From assembly GCA_918797485.1 (NCBI GenBank), contig CAKKNE010000006.1, positions 2,542,001 to 2,606,000 of the forward strand: a stretch of 64,000 bases of DNA, in the 5' to 3' direction. Positions 11,070 to 22,370 of this stretch are shown in pieces (within the stretch, counting starts at the first letter, position 1; each line of letters starts with the position of its first letter). The DNA is from Pelagomonas calceolata. Its lineage: Eukaryota. Below the pieces are notes generated by a model. It had not been told where the DNA came from. It did no database searches and saw nothing but the letters and a program-made list of their open reading frames with translations. The position numbers and the translations under genes are program-made.

Positions 11070-13071
11070 TCATAACATGGTCTTCTCGACCACTGGCGGC
11101 TCGTCGGGGTCCTCGACCATCTCGAGCTCCGTCTGCCGCGGCTCCTCAGTCACTACTGGCGACGGCGACCGCCGCACCAAAAGCGGGTAGAGGTGCCGGT
11201 CCAAGCCCTGGAGCATGCGCAAAGGTAACGGCGCGTTCGGCACGCCCGTCGACATAGACGCCGACCGCCGCAGCCGCAAGACGGGCGAGTCGGCCGGCGG
11301 CGGCATCGGCGAGCCGTCCTCCTTCAGTTCGCAGTCGCGCGGAATACCTAAAGCGGTCAGCACGGGCACGGTCAGAGCACCGAGCACGTACATGGACACG
11401 ATGATCAGCACGATCGTGGTCGTCGCGAAGAGCGTGCGATGGTCGTGCGCGTTGGGAAACGTGTGCGCGCAGGAGAAGGCGACGGCGCCCCGCAATCCAG
11501 AAAACCAGAGCATGTGCTGCATCGCCGGCGGGATCTCGCCCGCCGTCGCCGGCTGCTGCTCCTCACGAGCTTCGGCGCGCGGCGACAGCCGCGCGCGGTC
11601 TTCCCGTTTTTCTTCGCCCAGCGGATCGCCCAGCGCGTCCTCGGTGGCCAGCGACTGGGAGAAGGAGTTCGACCGCCGCCGGGCTTGCTCCTTGCGCAGG
11701 CGCTTGTTTATTTGTCTAGATAGCGGGTAGACGTGCGCCGCCCGCCCCACGAGGCAGGCGAGGATGGCCCAGAAGGTCAGGGAGTGCGAGTAGTCGTTGG
11801 TCCAGTCGCGCGTCTTTGCTGGTACCTGTGTGGAAATCAACCAGTGTGTCGCGTGCACGCGGCCGTCCTGGCTCAGTCGAGTGGTGAGGAATCGACACCG
11901 CCACGCCGTCGAGCAGGCGTCGCGTCGATGGCGTGGAGGTCATGATTTCCACACAGGCCGGCACGCTCAATCCGAGGTACAAAAAGATGATCGTGTCCGC
12001 CAAATGAGCCAATGTAGATAAAACGGCATTAGCTACCGGTTTCGCATCGACCGTCGACGAGGATTGTAAGTTCGGCGTCGCCCAGTGCCTGACACCTATA
12101 GCCGCGAACAAGGTCGCCACAATACCTGAAAGCTCGACCAGTTCGGCCAAGAAGGTAGGGGCCCAGATGGCCGCGCAGAGCGTCACGAGTTGTAGAGTTC
12201 GAGACGTGGCAGCAGCGCCCTCGTCGGCGTCGGAATCCGCCCGCAGCATCCTCAGCGTCAACGCCGTGAACGCGGCACAAACACCACCAACTATGGCTGA
12301 ACCAGAGAAAATGACGATAAAATCAGCCACCGCTAAAGCTAAGTTCTTCGCCGTAAACGAATACCCGACGAACTTGCTGAATGTTTTGAACAATACAATC
12401 CCAACAGCGTCATTGAGGACAGATTCGCCGAAGACGAGGTAGAACATTTTTGGATCCACTCTAAGTTCGGTGAAGACGGCGATGACCGACACGGGGTCCG
12501 TTGCTGACACTAGTGCACCGAACGTTAACGTCTCCGCGAAGGTGATGTCCAGCGGAGCTAAATGGCAGACCGAGGCTATTTTGAGCACAATACCTACTAT
12601 CACGGCAGATACGAAGGTTCCTACTACGGCGAACCCTACTATTTGGTAGAACAAGCCAAATAACCACTGCGGATGGAGCTCGTAGCCACTGTAGAAGATG
12701 ACTGGTGGGAGTAGTCCTAGGAAGAACAACGCGTTGTCAAAACCTAATAGCGCACCGCTAAAGAAGCCTCTTTTACCCCTCTTGACGAAGAGTTCCTTGC
12801 ACAAAAAACCAGCCACCATGCCCACTGTTAAAACAACACAAGCCTCCGGTAGCACCTTGCACTTCCACCGATGGGCCAGCACCCAAGATAAAGCTAAAGA
12901 CACCACGATCAGCAAGATAAACGCCAGTAAAAAAGTAGCGTCCTTCTTGCTGTCCTCGTGGTAGCCCCAGGCGTGGTTCGCCAGGTCGTAGATGGGCGTG
13001 CCGCTCTCGTGCCTATCTGTGGCAGCAGCGGCAGTGAGTAGAAGCAGTGCGAAATTGGTGCGCGAGCCCAT
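11070..13071 (-). CDS. Na+(K+)/H+ antiporter, CPA1/NHE-NHX family, with one introner intron
   Basis: FFLGLLPPVIFYSGY, SATDPVSVIAVF, LVFGESVLNDAVGIVLF, WFSGLRGAVAF; splicing 11826-11964 joins LGLS|VPAKTRDW. Confidence 0.92.
11826..11956. mobile_element. Introner element (131 bp); GT-AG intron 11826-11964 on - strand
   Basis: TIRs CTGTGTGGAAATCA / TGATTTCCACACAG; TSD GCTGGTAC (11818-11825) / GCCGGCAC (11957-11964). Confidence 0.93.
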
Positions 13072-13689
13072 CGTCCGTTGCTGCGCGGCGCTTTCTCAAG
13101 CGGCGCGCTGGCTCTTGTGCGCTTTTTCAAGCGCGCGCTGTGATGTTTGCGCCGGCTGGGGCCGGCGGGCGGCGCTTTGCAAGCGAGGCGCAGGCGCTGC
13201 AGTAGAGGCTGCAGCTAAGGGTCTGGAGTTTCGCCTGAGCACCGCGGTTCGCCGTCCACGCAGGCGCGGCGTGAAAACACGTCTCTCTAGCGGTGAAACG
13301 CGATGAACGGTGCGTATGTCACGACACTCGTCGTCCGAGTCTCGAGCCGTCGTTTTGCTTGCTTCAGGCGGGTTTTGTTGCCTTTTGCAGAAGTAAGCCC
13401 GACGCTTCTTCCGAGCGTCGACGAGTGATCGGGAGGGATCCTAGAGGGCGCGTGTGGCTGCCCGACATACAGCCAGCCCCACTTAACTCAAAAATGTCTG
13501 GCACAGCAGCTTGGCCATTTTTCGCCCGTGGTACCCGTTCAGGGGCCGGAGACGCTTGATATTTGCGCGTGGGCGTCTGCCGTACCATAGCGGTCGGCGC
13601 GGTCGCTGCCCAACCGCGCGGGCGCGCGTCCACGCTCCCGGCGTTGGGCTAGCGGCTGCCGCAGACAGGAGTACAAAATGCGACATAGG

Positions 13690-15615
13690 ATGGGGGCGGC
13701 CTCGGGCGCGAGGCCGCTCCTCATAGCCCTCGTGCTGGGCGCCGTCGCCGCGCAGACGCCGGCGCCGACGGAGCTCCCGACGTTGGGTCCCTCGTCCGTG
13801 CCGTCCGCGGTCCCGAGCTCGCTGCCCTCGTCGGTGCCGTCCTCTCTACCGACCGCGGTCCCCAGCTCTACGCCAACTTCGGTACCGACCGCGACGCCCA
13901 CGGGGCACCCGTCAGAAGCACCCACATTCGAGACCTGGCCACCAACGAATGTGCCGACGACTGCGACATGGGTCCCCTCAGAAGCGCCGACATACGAGAC
14001 CTGGCCACCGTCGGGCCTCCCCACGACGGTCCCTTCTTCCATACCCACAACGGTCCCGACTGCCGTGCCATCATCAACGCCGACGACAGAGCCGTCGGCG
14101 GCCCCCACCGTCTCGCCGTACCCGACGGGCGCACCGAGCGAATTGCCGACGTCGCTCCCCTCGTCGCTCCCCTCGTCGGTTCCAACGGTCGTGCCGAGCG
14201 CTGTGCCCACACCAGTGCCGACGTCGCCGCCGTCGGCCGAGCCCACATCCGTCCCGACGGGCACGCCCACGGCCGCTCCGACCGAAGTGCCGTCGCCGCT
14301 GCCTACGATCTCGTTCCCGCCGACGCCTGTGCCCACTGTGCCGCCGACGCCGGAGCCGTCGCCGGGGCCGTCTCCGTTGCCGTCTTCGCTCCCGACGGGT
14401 TTGCCAACAGCTGTGCCCACGACGCCACCGAGTTCCGTCCCGACGGCGTCGCCCACATCGGAGCCCAGTGGTCATCCCTCGGTACCGCCGACAGCCGTGC
14501 CCACCGTACCCCCGACGGGTGTCCCGACCTCGACACCCACGTCGCCGCCGAGCAAGCCTCCGAGCATGCCGCCGACGCCCGAGCCCTCTGCATTACCTAC
14601 CGCGGCCCCGACGTCGACGCCGACCACTGAGCCGTCTTCGCTCCCTACGGCGGCGCCGACGTCGTCGCCCTCCTCGCTTCCAACGACGGAGCCCACGGCC
14701 CTTCCGACGACGCCGCCGACGTCCGCACCGACGTCGACACCATCGTCGACGCCGACGCATTCACCGTCGGGCTGGCCGACGACGGCAATGCCGAGCCCTG
14801 CTCCCAGTCCACTACCAAGTGGCGTCCCGAGCGCTGTGCCGACCTCGACGCCAACCGCAGTACCCTCGCCCGCGCCCACGCCGACCCCCACACCCGCGCC
14901 CACCATCACAAAATACCCCACGTCGCTGTCGGTGGAAGTGAGCGTCTCGACGGGCGTGTCCTTCACCAATTTATGCCACGAGGCGTTCAACATGGACCCC
15001 GATGCCTTACGAGCGTTCCGCCTGGCCATCGTCGACGAAGTGCGAGTGGCGGACTCCGAGGACGACGTCGAGAACGTCTTCGCGTACCACGTCGCGACGA
15101 CGCCCGCGCCGACGGCGACGCCGTCCTACGCGCCCACACGAGAAAAGGATAAAGAGGACCGACGACGGTTGTCCTTGGTGCCGCCCTGCCAGGGCGGCCT
15201 CGTGGAGTTCGACGTGCGGTGTCGCTGGCTCGCGCCCGTCGACAACGTGAACGTCACGCGTGCGGAGACGTGGTGTCGGCGGACAGTACGAAAACAATTG
15301 CACTATTCATTGAACAACGGGACCCTCGCGACGGCCTTTGAAACGAGAGGCAACAACACGGCGCTCGCGGGCGCGATCATAAACGTGAACGCGACGCTGG
15401 CGGAGTTCGAGGACCATTCATCAATAGAGGAGGTCCTCACGGACGCGCCGACGCCGGCGACGTGGAGCGACAACTGCGAGTGCGTGCCCGCGGCGCCCAC
15501 GAAAATCCTGACGCTGCAGACCGCCGCCGCGTCGCCGGAGTACGGGTGTCCGCGCGTCTGCACGGTGCAGACGGGTCGCGTGAGCCCGCCTCCCTCGCCG
15601 GCGAGTAGGAGGTAA
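13690..15615 (+). CDS. Secreted PT/PS-repeat mucin-like protein
   Basis: Signal peptide LLIALVLGAVAA, about 400 aa of P-[T/S]-x-x repeats, globular C-terminal region. Confidence 0.8.
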   Translation: MGAASGARPLLIALVLGAVAAQTPAPTELPTLGPSSVPSAVPSSLPSSVPSSLPTAVPSSTPTSVPTATPTGHPSEAPTFETWPPTNVPTTATWVPSEAPTYETWPPSGLPTTVPSSIPTTVPTAVPSSTPTTEPSAAPTVSPYPTGAPSELPTSLPSSLPSSVPTVVPSAVPTPVPTSPPSAEPTSVPTGTPTAAPTEVPSPLPTISFPPTPVPTVPPTPEPSPGPSPLPSSLPTGLPTAVPTTPPSSVPTASPTSEPSGHPSVPPTAVPTVPPTGVPTSTPTSPPSKPPSMPPTPEPSALPTAAPTSTPTTEPSSLPTAAPTSSPSSLPTTEPTALPTTPPTSAPTSTPSSTPTHSPSGWPTTAMPSPAPSPLPSGVPSAVPTSTPTAVPSPAPTPTPTPAPTITKYPTSLSVEVSVSTGVSFTNLCHEAFNMDPDALRAFRLAIVDEVRVADSEDDVENVFAYHVATTPAPTATPSYAPTREKDKEDRRRLSLVPPCQGGLVEFDVRCRWLAPVDNVNVTRAETWCRRTVRKQLHYSLNNGTLATAFETRGNNTALAGAIINVNATLAEFEDHSSIEEVLTDAPTPATWSDNCECVPAAPTKILTLQTAAASPEYGCPRVCTVQTGRVSPPPSPASRR

Positions 15616-15644
15616 AGTGAAATTCATCAATTCTAACAAACTAA

Positions 15645-18600
15645 TTAGACTATCCGCGGAAGCCCCACATCAGTCACCGGCGGCACCCTTAACCCGCGCG
15701 CCGGCGCGCGCTCGGCCGTCAGCACGTCGGCCGTCGGCGGCGGCTCGGGCGCCCGCGCCTGGAGCGAGAAGACGTCCTGCTTCGCATTCAAGTAGGTCGC
15801 GAGCGTCCGGTCCACGGTCTGCACGACGTCCTCGTCTGAAACGAGTTCATCGTCAAAGTCGCCGTCCACAATACGTGTCGCCGGCGACCGCGCTGCGATG
15901 CGGGGCCGCAGCGGCGCCCGCGGCCGCGGCAATAAATCCTGGGCCTCGCGTCTCGCTCTCTCTCGGGAATCGGGCTCGAGGGCCCAGACCTGATCATGTA
16001 AAGGAGGCAACCCGCGCTCGTTCCGTCTAGCTTTCTCCGCGGCCCGCTTCGCCAGCTTGCCGACGGACGGCCTTAATGGATTCATCATCGCGCGGTCGCC
16101 GGACAGCGCGAGGGCCAGCTTCGCCCTAGCTTTCTCCAACGACCGCCGCTTCCGCCGCGCCGGCTCCTCTATTGCTTTCTTCTGGTCGGCGAGCTTCTTC
16201 TTGCGTAATCTTTCAGCCTTCTCGGCCTTCTGGGCGGCCGCCTCGGCCTCGGCCTTCTCCAACGCCCGTTTCTTCAGCTGCCGTCTTTTATCCCTTTTTT
16301 CAGTCGCCTTGGCCGCGAGCCGCGCGGCCCGCGCTGCTCGTTTGAGGGCTTTCAAACCCTTCTTGTCCTCCTCGCCCTTCACGGTGGCCGCCGCGAGAGC
16401 CGCGCGTCTACGAGTCACCTCCAACTGTAAAGCGTTCGTCGACTCGGGGTCGTCGTCGGCCGACGGATCACTATCACTCCCAGAGTCGCCGCCCACCCGC
16501 GCCGTGTGTCTCCCGTCCTCCTCATCCGAGTCTGATGAAGGCGGCCTTAACACGGACGCGAGGCCGCTCAGCTTCGACTTCTGTAATTTCGCCACAACTT
16601 TCTCGGCGGCCTTCTGCTCCTTCTTCTCCTTACTTTCCAGGGCTTTCTGCTTCGCGGCCTGCCACTTGGCCCGGGTCATTTTTTTACCCTTGGGCTTCTT
16701 CGCGGCCCTCTTGACCACTGGCTTGGGCTTCGGCTCGACCGGCTTCTCGGAGGCGTTCGACGCGTCGGACTGGGCGCCCGGGTCGACGTCGCTCGGTAAG
16801 AATTCATTTAAACCGTCCTCGTCGTCCTCGTCGACGGGCAGTGGTGGAGGCGCGTCCTCGTCGTCTGAGAGCGTCGGGACGACCTTGGGCGTTCCTAATG
16901 ATGAGATGCCGCGCTTCTGCACCCGCAACACCTGCGTGGCAAGCACCCGTGAGTTGCGGAGACCTTCGTCGACCTCCACGCCATTCAGCAGACGCAGTAA
17001 TGGAAACATCGTCGCGTCGATGGCGTGGAGCCTCCACGCCATCGAGCAGACGCAGTTACGTGGACAATATCGCGTCGATGGCGTGAGACGCCCGAAATTT
17101 GATTTCCACGCGGCGTCACACGGCCCGCAGCTCCAGCTCCGCCCGCGACCGCACGGCGGCCGACCGGAGACTTCGGGATAGACCTATGTGCTTGTCCGCG
17201 CGCTTGTCCCGCCGAGCTTGCGCCTTCACGGCACTCCGGGCCGCCTCCGTCTCCAAGACGCCATAATCTAGCAGAGGCGCGCCGAAGGACTCGAAGAGCC
17301 GCGGCTGCACCAAGAACCCGGCCGCGGCGCCGGACCGCGCGGCGCCCTCCTCGGCGTCGTACATGCCACTCCCGTCCAAGTTACAGTAATGATACAACGC
17401 GACCATCAATTGACTCCCAACTAACTGCAGGTCTTCGACCGTGTAGTGGCCGTCCCGCATCCACGATTCCACACATTTATTTCTCAGCTCGACCTCGTCT
17501 CTCGGAACACTGGGCGCCCTTGCTCTATCCTCGACAGCTGCCATGGCTTGTTTTCTAGCGTCTTGTAGGTTTATACCGCTCTTCCTGAAGGCTTCGGCCA
17601 ACCTCTCAGTAACATCGGGCACGGGAGAAGAAGGGTCACTTCTACCTTGATAGCTATCCAGAGGCTCCGTGTCGAGCGACAGAGGTATGTCCGTCAAGTC
17701 CACACTGCGACCATCATTCAATCTACGATCGGCAGCCGCTAAGAGTTGCTGCTCTTCATTATACCCAGGAGAACAGAAGGAGGCTTCCAGTGTAAAGGAA
17801 TTGGCAATGCCAAGTTCCCGCCACGCGACGACCCGACCAGTAGCCTTCTTCGCCGCTTGGACACTAAACGAATTGTCCCTAAATGAATACAACGCACCGC
17901 CAGAAGCCCCAGAACAGGGCGCGGCGCCCGCGGCCCAGGCGCTTCGAGCTCTCTTGCGAGCCGCGCGTCGCTCTGATCTTCTTTCACTCGCCGTCAGGCC
18001 ATCATCGGAGTCATCCGACGACGACGCACAGTCATAGACGGGCCCGCCGTCGCACATTCCATTTAAATTGTTGGCGATGCGAGGGAGCACTCGAGCCAGT
18101 ACCTTGTGGTCATCGGAAAAAGTCCCGTCGCAATGCCCCGCCTCGGCCAAGGGTGGCGGTTCGCCTTCGCCCGACGCGGCCCGCTGCAACGCCTCCGTCA
18201 ACTCTCGGGGCGGTGGTGGTGCCATCTTGGGCTCGGAACAGCCGTAGAAAAAGACGTTCTTCTTTCGCGAGTGGCCGTGCATGTCGCAATAAAACAGGAC
18301 GCCTCGCGTCTCGTGCGTCGTTTTCAACAATTGCTTGATGGCGTAGACTGTGGGCTGCAGTGTGGGAGATGGGGACGCGTACCTCCGATTCAGGTCTTCT
18401 CCGGCCAATGAGCTGCGGTAGTTGCCGTTGATCACACCATCAGGATTTAACATCGGCACGACCTTGAAGACGAAGTGGTCCCGCAGCTTGATCGCGCGCG
18501 GATCTTGCGAGCAGAGGAACTCGATGCAGCCGCGCATCATAAATGATGCATTAGACTCGCCCGGGTGCACGCGCGCCGTCAACACGACGCCCGCCCGCTT

Positions 18601-20021
18601 CCGCACCGCCGCCGGGTCCCGCGTCAAAAAGTTCGTTATTGTAAGTAAATCACAATCATTTCCAGCTAGAGTAGAACAGAGCCGCCGCCGTCTTACCACC
18701 GCGGGCCCGGGGCAGTCGTCCAGGGCGACTAACTCATTCCTCAGATCCGAATACGTATAGGGAAAGCAGTGCGCTAGAAATAAGCGGTCGTCCTTCTTCC
18801 TCCTTCGCTTTCTTAGTTGCGGCGAGCGTGTTTTCGGAGATCTAGACAATAAAACCACGTCGGAGTCCGTCTCCGAACCCGTGTCATCACCACCATCGAG
18901 CGGATGGGGCAAGGCCACGAGAAAAGTTAACGTGTAGTGGTGCCGGTCGTGCTTGCGGTACGGGGCTGCATCTAACGAAGTTCTATTGTCAGTGGTAGTA
19001 GATGTTTTCCGTCGCGGGTACGTTCTACAATTCTTGAAATACGCGACGTCACTCCCGACGCGCGTCCAGCCCCTCCCTGACGAATCACTCTTCTCGCAGA
19101 ACCCCACCGGCAGCATGCCCACGTCGTACAAGCTCGACTTTTTCATCATGTTCACGATGTTGAGGCGCACTCTCAACTTTTCCGGTATGCGAGGAGATGA
19201 ATTCGCTCGACGAACGGAGAAGTAGAACCACTGGACGTGGCCGTTCGTGTGCGTGTCCTTGTTGCACAACAAATCATATTCTTGTTGGGCCCAGCTAGGC
19301 GTGTTCAGGGGCGCTCGTCCATGATTTTTTGGAGCGCCGTCGGCCTGCCTGCGATTTTCTACTCTCCACGCAGCTCGTAAGTTACCACTCTCGAACCAGC
19401 TGTCGAACTCCAAGTCGTCGAGTCTCCTATCCAAATTCTTGCCTTCTGAATCGGCGGAGTCGTAGACTAATCGACGAGTGGGCGGTTCTTGGACTTCTTC
19501 CACGGAATCCGGCCTACTCCCGGCCTTCTCACGCTCTTTTTTGTCCTTCAGAAAAGCCGCCACAGAACTCAGTGCGGTTTCACCCTTCACAGCCAAGTCT
19601 GAGTCCTCGGACGTCTCCTGAACACGTTCCTTGGCCGCCAGGGCCGCGGCCAGCGCCGCGTCGCGCCGTTTCTTCGTTTCTCTCTCTTTTTTGGCTTGGG
19701 AGGCCTCGAATTCATTTCTGTCGCGCTCGTGGAACCACCGCGCCAGGTGCAAGCCTCTTCTCGGATCTTGCAACGGTTCGCGTAGAGGCGTGCCTCTTCT
19801 TAGTGAGCTTCTGGCCACTCGATGCTTGATGATCGGTAAGGAATGCGCAAAGCCCGTCAGCGGTGGGGCGGCGTTCTGCTGCTCGTGGGACCGCGGGAAG
19901 TTGTACCTGCGCGCGAGGAGTGACGCCGGCTCGAACGACCGACGGAACGGACGCCGCGTCCCCACAAAGGCAGCGGCGGCGGGATGTTCTTCGCGAGCTG
20001 CTCGTCCTCGTCGTCGGCCAT
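15645..20021 (-). CDS. Cytosolic carboxypeptidase (M14, CCP/AGBL tubulin deglutamylase family) with Lys-rich C-terminal extension
   Basis: FESGNL, QWFYF, ARVHPGESNAS, PMLNPDG, DMHGHS, FTLEASF. Exon 1 20021-19966 (MADDEDEQLAKNIPPPLP), intron 19907-19965; introner intron 16932-17121 joins ELRA|VLRVQKRG. Confidence 0.88.
16932..17113. mobile_element. Introner element (182 bp) with internal duplication; GT-AG intron 16932-17121 on - strand
   Basis: Ends CTGCGTGG / GATTTCCACGCGG; TSD CGCAACAC (16924-16931) / CGTCACAC (17114-17121); two CGCGTCGATGGCGT motifs at 17013 and 17071. Confidence 0.88.
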
Positions 20022-20375
20022 CGCGGCCGCCGGCGTGCAGCGCCCCTGGCCAGCAGTCGATTATTTGCAGCCGAGGGCCGCTATCAATCGTGTTTCGGGT
20101 GCCGCCCGGCTGTTTATTGTTCACAGTTCATTTATGAGCACGAATGGGGCTGCCCCTGCGCTCGGACCCAGCGCTTTTTGCAAAAGTGCGATGGCACTGG
20201 TCGGTCCAAACCCGAACCGGTTTGTGGGTGAGGTCTGCGCCGGGAGAGGCCATGGGGCAGCGGTCCCAGGACGCCTCGGAGCGGGCGGGCGGCTCCCGCT
20301 CGGCCGGTGAATTTTTGCCGGTTAGGAATCGGCCATCGGCGCGAAGTGCGTACAGTCGCGTACAGTCGCACCACC

Positions 20376-22244
20376 ATGTACGCGGCGCTCACGTGGCTGC
20401 TCTCCCTCGCGGCGGCGCGGCGGGCGCCGCTCGAGGTGCCGACGGCGGCGCCGCTGCCCTTCCGCGCGCCCGGCGTGCTGCCCGTAGATGCGGAGCCGCA
20501 CACCGCGGCCGCGGCCGTCGGCGACCTCCGGCACCGGCTGACTGCGTTGAAAATGGGGGCGGCGCCGCAGCCGTCCAACCTCGCGGCGCCGGCTCCTCCG
20601 CGAGCGAACTTCTACGAGAGCGCGGGCTTCTGTCCCGCGCCGGCCGACGAGCCCGCTGCGGCGACTGCGCCTTCGCCGGCCGTGCCGCCCGTGCCGCCCG
20701 CGGCGGCCGCGCCGGCGGAGACCGCGGAGGCGCCATCCAAGGACCCGCTCGACGCCGTCCGCGCGTCCCTGGCCCGCACCGCGGCGCTGACCAAGGAAAC
20801 GACAACGGAGCCGCCGGATCCGGTACAGGAAGTACAAAGAAAGGCCGCGCTCAAGGCGATGCGCGAGCGCGAGGCGAAGGTCGCGCAGTTCTTTGACTTC
20901 GCGCCGCCGGTGCCCGGCTCGAAGCGGCCCGCAATCCGTCCGCGCGAGCCGTCCTTCGCGGCGCGGCAAACGCGGCGCGCCGAGGCGCTGCGCCGCCAGC
21001 GGTCCGCCGTCGTCGACGTTTCCAAGTCGCCGAGCGCGGCGCCCGCGGCCTTCGACGGCGCCTTCGAGTGGTCCGACGTCCCGGCCTTCGACGGCGCCCA
21101 CGGCAGCTGGTCCGACGCGGAGGAGACGGCGACCGAGGCCACCGTCCCGGCCGCCGAGACCGCGCCGGCGCCGGCCAGGCCTGTCCCGGCTGATTTCACC
21201 GAGACCGCGCGAATCCTCTATGATCCAACTGCTTCTGCGACCGCGGAGACCGCACCGGCACCGGCCGAAGCCGTCCTGACCGAGCCGGCCGCCCCATCCA
21301 CGCCTCAAGTGTCCTTCGCGGGCCTGCTGCTCGCCCTCGCCCTCGCGCTGTCGCTGCCCCTCTGCGTCGTGGCGCTCGCGGCGTCCGCGTTCTGGCGCCG
21401 GCGCGCGCCTCCGGTCATTGAGACCCGCGAGACGCCCATCAACGAGCGCTACGCCACGAGAACTGAACCGGCGTCGGAGCTCGTGGAGATGGACGCGGCG
21501 ACGCGCCGCGTGCACCGCGAGGCGCGAGCGGCGAGCCTCGAGGCCGAGAAATTACGTAAAATCCTCCACCGCTGGCGCGACTCACCGCGGCGCCCCTCCG
21601 TGGCGTCGCTGCTCAAGGCGCGCCGGGACCTGCGCGCTTCCAAATTCCAGGAGCGGCAGAACCGCTTCGACAGAGACGACGCGGTCGTCGCCGAGACGCC
21701 GCTGGTCAAGGAGGTGCGCTTCGACGCGCGGACGCCGGCGTCGGCGATCGTGTCGGAGAGCGACGGCGACTCGCCGGTCGTCGCGTCGCCGCCGCGGAAG
21801 TTGTACATGGAAGCGCCGCCTGTGAGGAACCGGTCCGCAATACTAGCGTGGGTGTTGCTCGCGGCCTTTGTCGCGCGCGACCTCGCGCCGCGTCGCCAGG
21901 CGCCGGCGCCGACGCCGAGGCCGAGCATGGAGCCGACGTACGTGCGCGCGCCGCCGGATCTTGTCGACGACGTCGCGATGGTCCCGGCTATCGCGATGGC
22001 GGCACCGAAGGGCCTTCGGCCGCTCGCGATCGCCAAGGCGGCGCTCGCGCCGATGGCGATCTCGGCCACAGTCCTCGCAGTCCTGCCGCCCCGGCTCCAG
22101 GCCGCGCTCGGCCTCCACGCGCTCCACGCGCTCGACCGCCTCCGACGCCTAGCTGTCGCGGCCGTCGCTTTCGTGGCACGGAAGCGGCGACGCGCTCCAA
22201 CGGGCGCGCAGCTGAGATCGGCCATGCACTTCTCGGCGCCCTAG
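20376..22244 (+). CDS. Hypothetical Ala/Pro-rich membrane protein
   Basis: Long ORF with GC-rich third positions, signal-like N-terminus and hydrophobic segments. Confidence 0.6.
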   Translation: MYAALTWLLSLAAARRAPLEVPTAAPLPFRAPGVLPVDAEPHTAAAAVGDLRHRLTALKMGAAPQPSNLAAPAPPRANFYESAGFCPAPADEPAAATAPSPAVPPVPPAAAAPAETAEAPSKDPLDAVRASLARTAALTKETTTEPPDPVQEVQRKAALKAMREREAKVAQFFDFAPPVPGSKRPAIRPREPSFAARQTRRAEALRRQRSAVVDVSKSPSAAPAAFDGAFEWSDVPAFDGAHGSWSDAEETATEATVPAAETAPAPARPVPADFTETARILYDPTASATAETAPAPAEAVLTEPAAPSTPQVSFAGLLLALALALSLPLCVVALAASAFWRRRAPPVIETRETPINERYATRTEPASELVEMDAATRRVHREARAASLEAEKLRKILHRWRDSPRRPSVASLLKARRDLRASKFQERQNRFDRDDAVVAETPLVKEVRFDARTPASAIVSESDGDSPVVASPPRKLYMEAPPVRNRSAILAWVLLAAFVARDLAPRRQAPAPTPRPSMEPTYVRAPPDLVDDVAMVPAIAMAAPKGLRPLAIAKAALAPMAISATVLAVLPPRLQAALGLHALHALDRLRRLAVAAVAFVARKRRRAPTGAQLRSAMHFSAP

Positions 22245-22370
22245 AGTCTAGGCGCCAACCTCCCGGGAACAAGTCCCTGTGTAACCCGTTTTTCCCCACA
22301 CTCTGGGAGCTTTCTTATCTTAGAACACATTATCACGGTGGATGCGAGCGGCGATGCGCGGATCGGCCGG

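Noticed and set aside
13750..14910. Regular short repeats that might suggest a CRISPR-like array
   Set aside because: They encode Pro-Thr/Ser tetrapeptide repeats in an open frame; there is no constant repeat with unique spacers and no cas genes.
17114..17121. In-frame TGA at the end of the carboxypeptidase ORF as possible selenocysteine or true stop
   Set aside because: It lies in the intronic TSD copy and is removed by the predicted splice.
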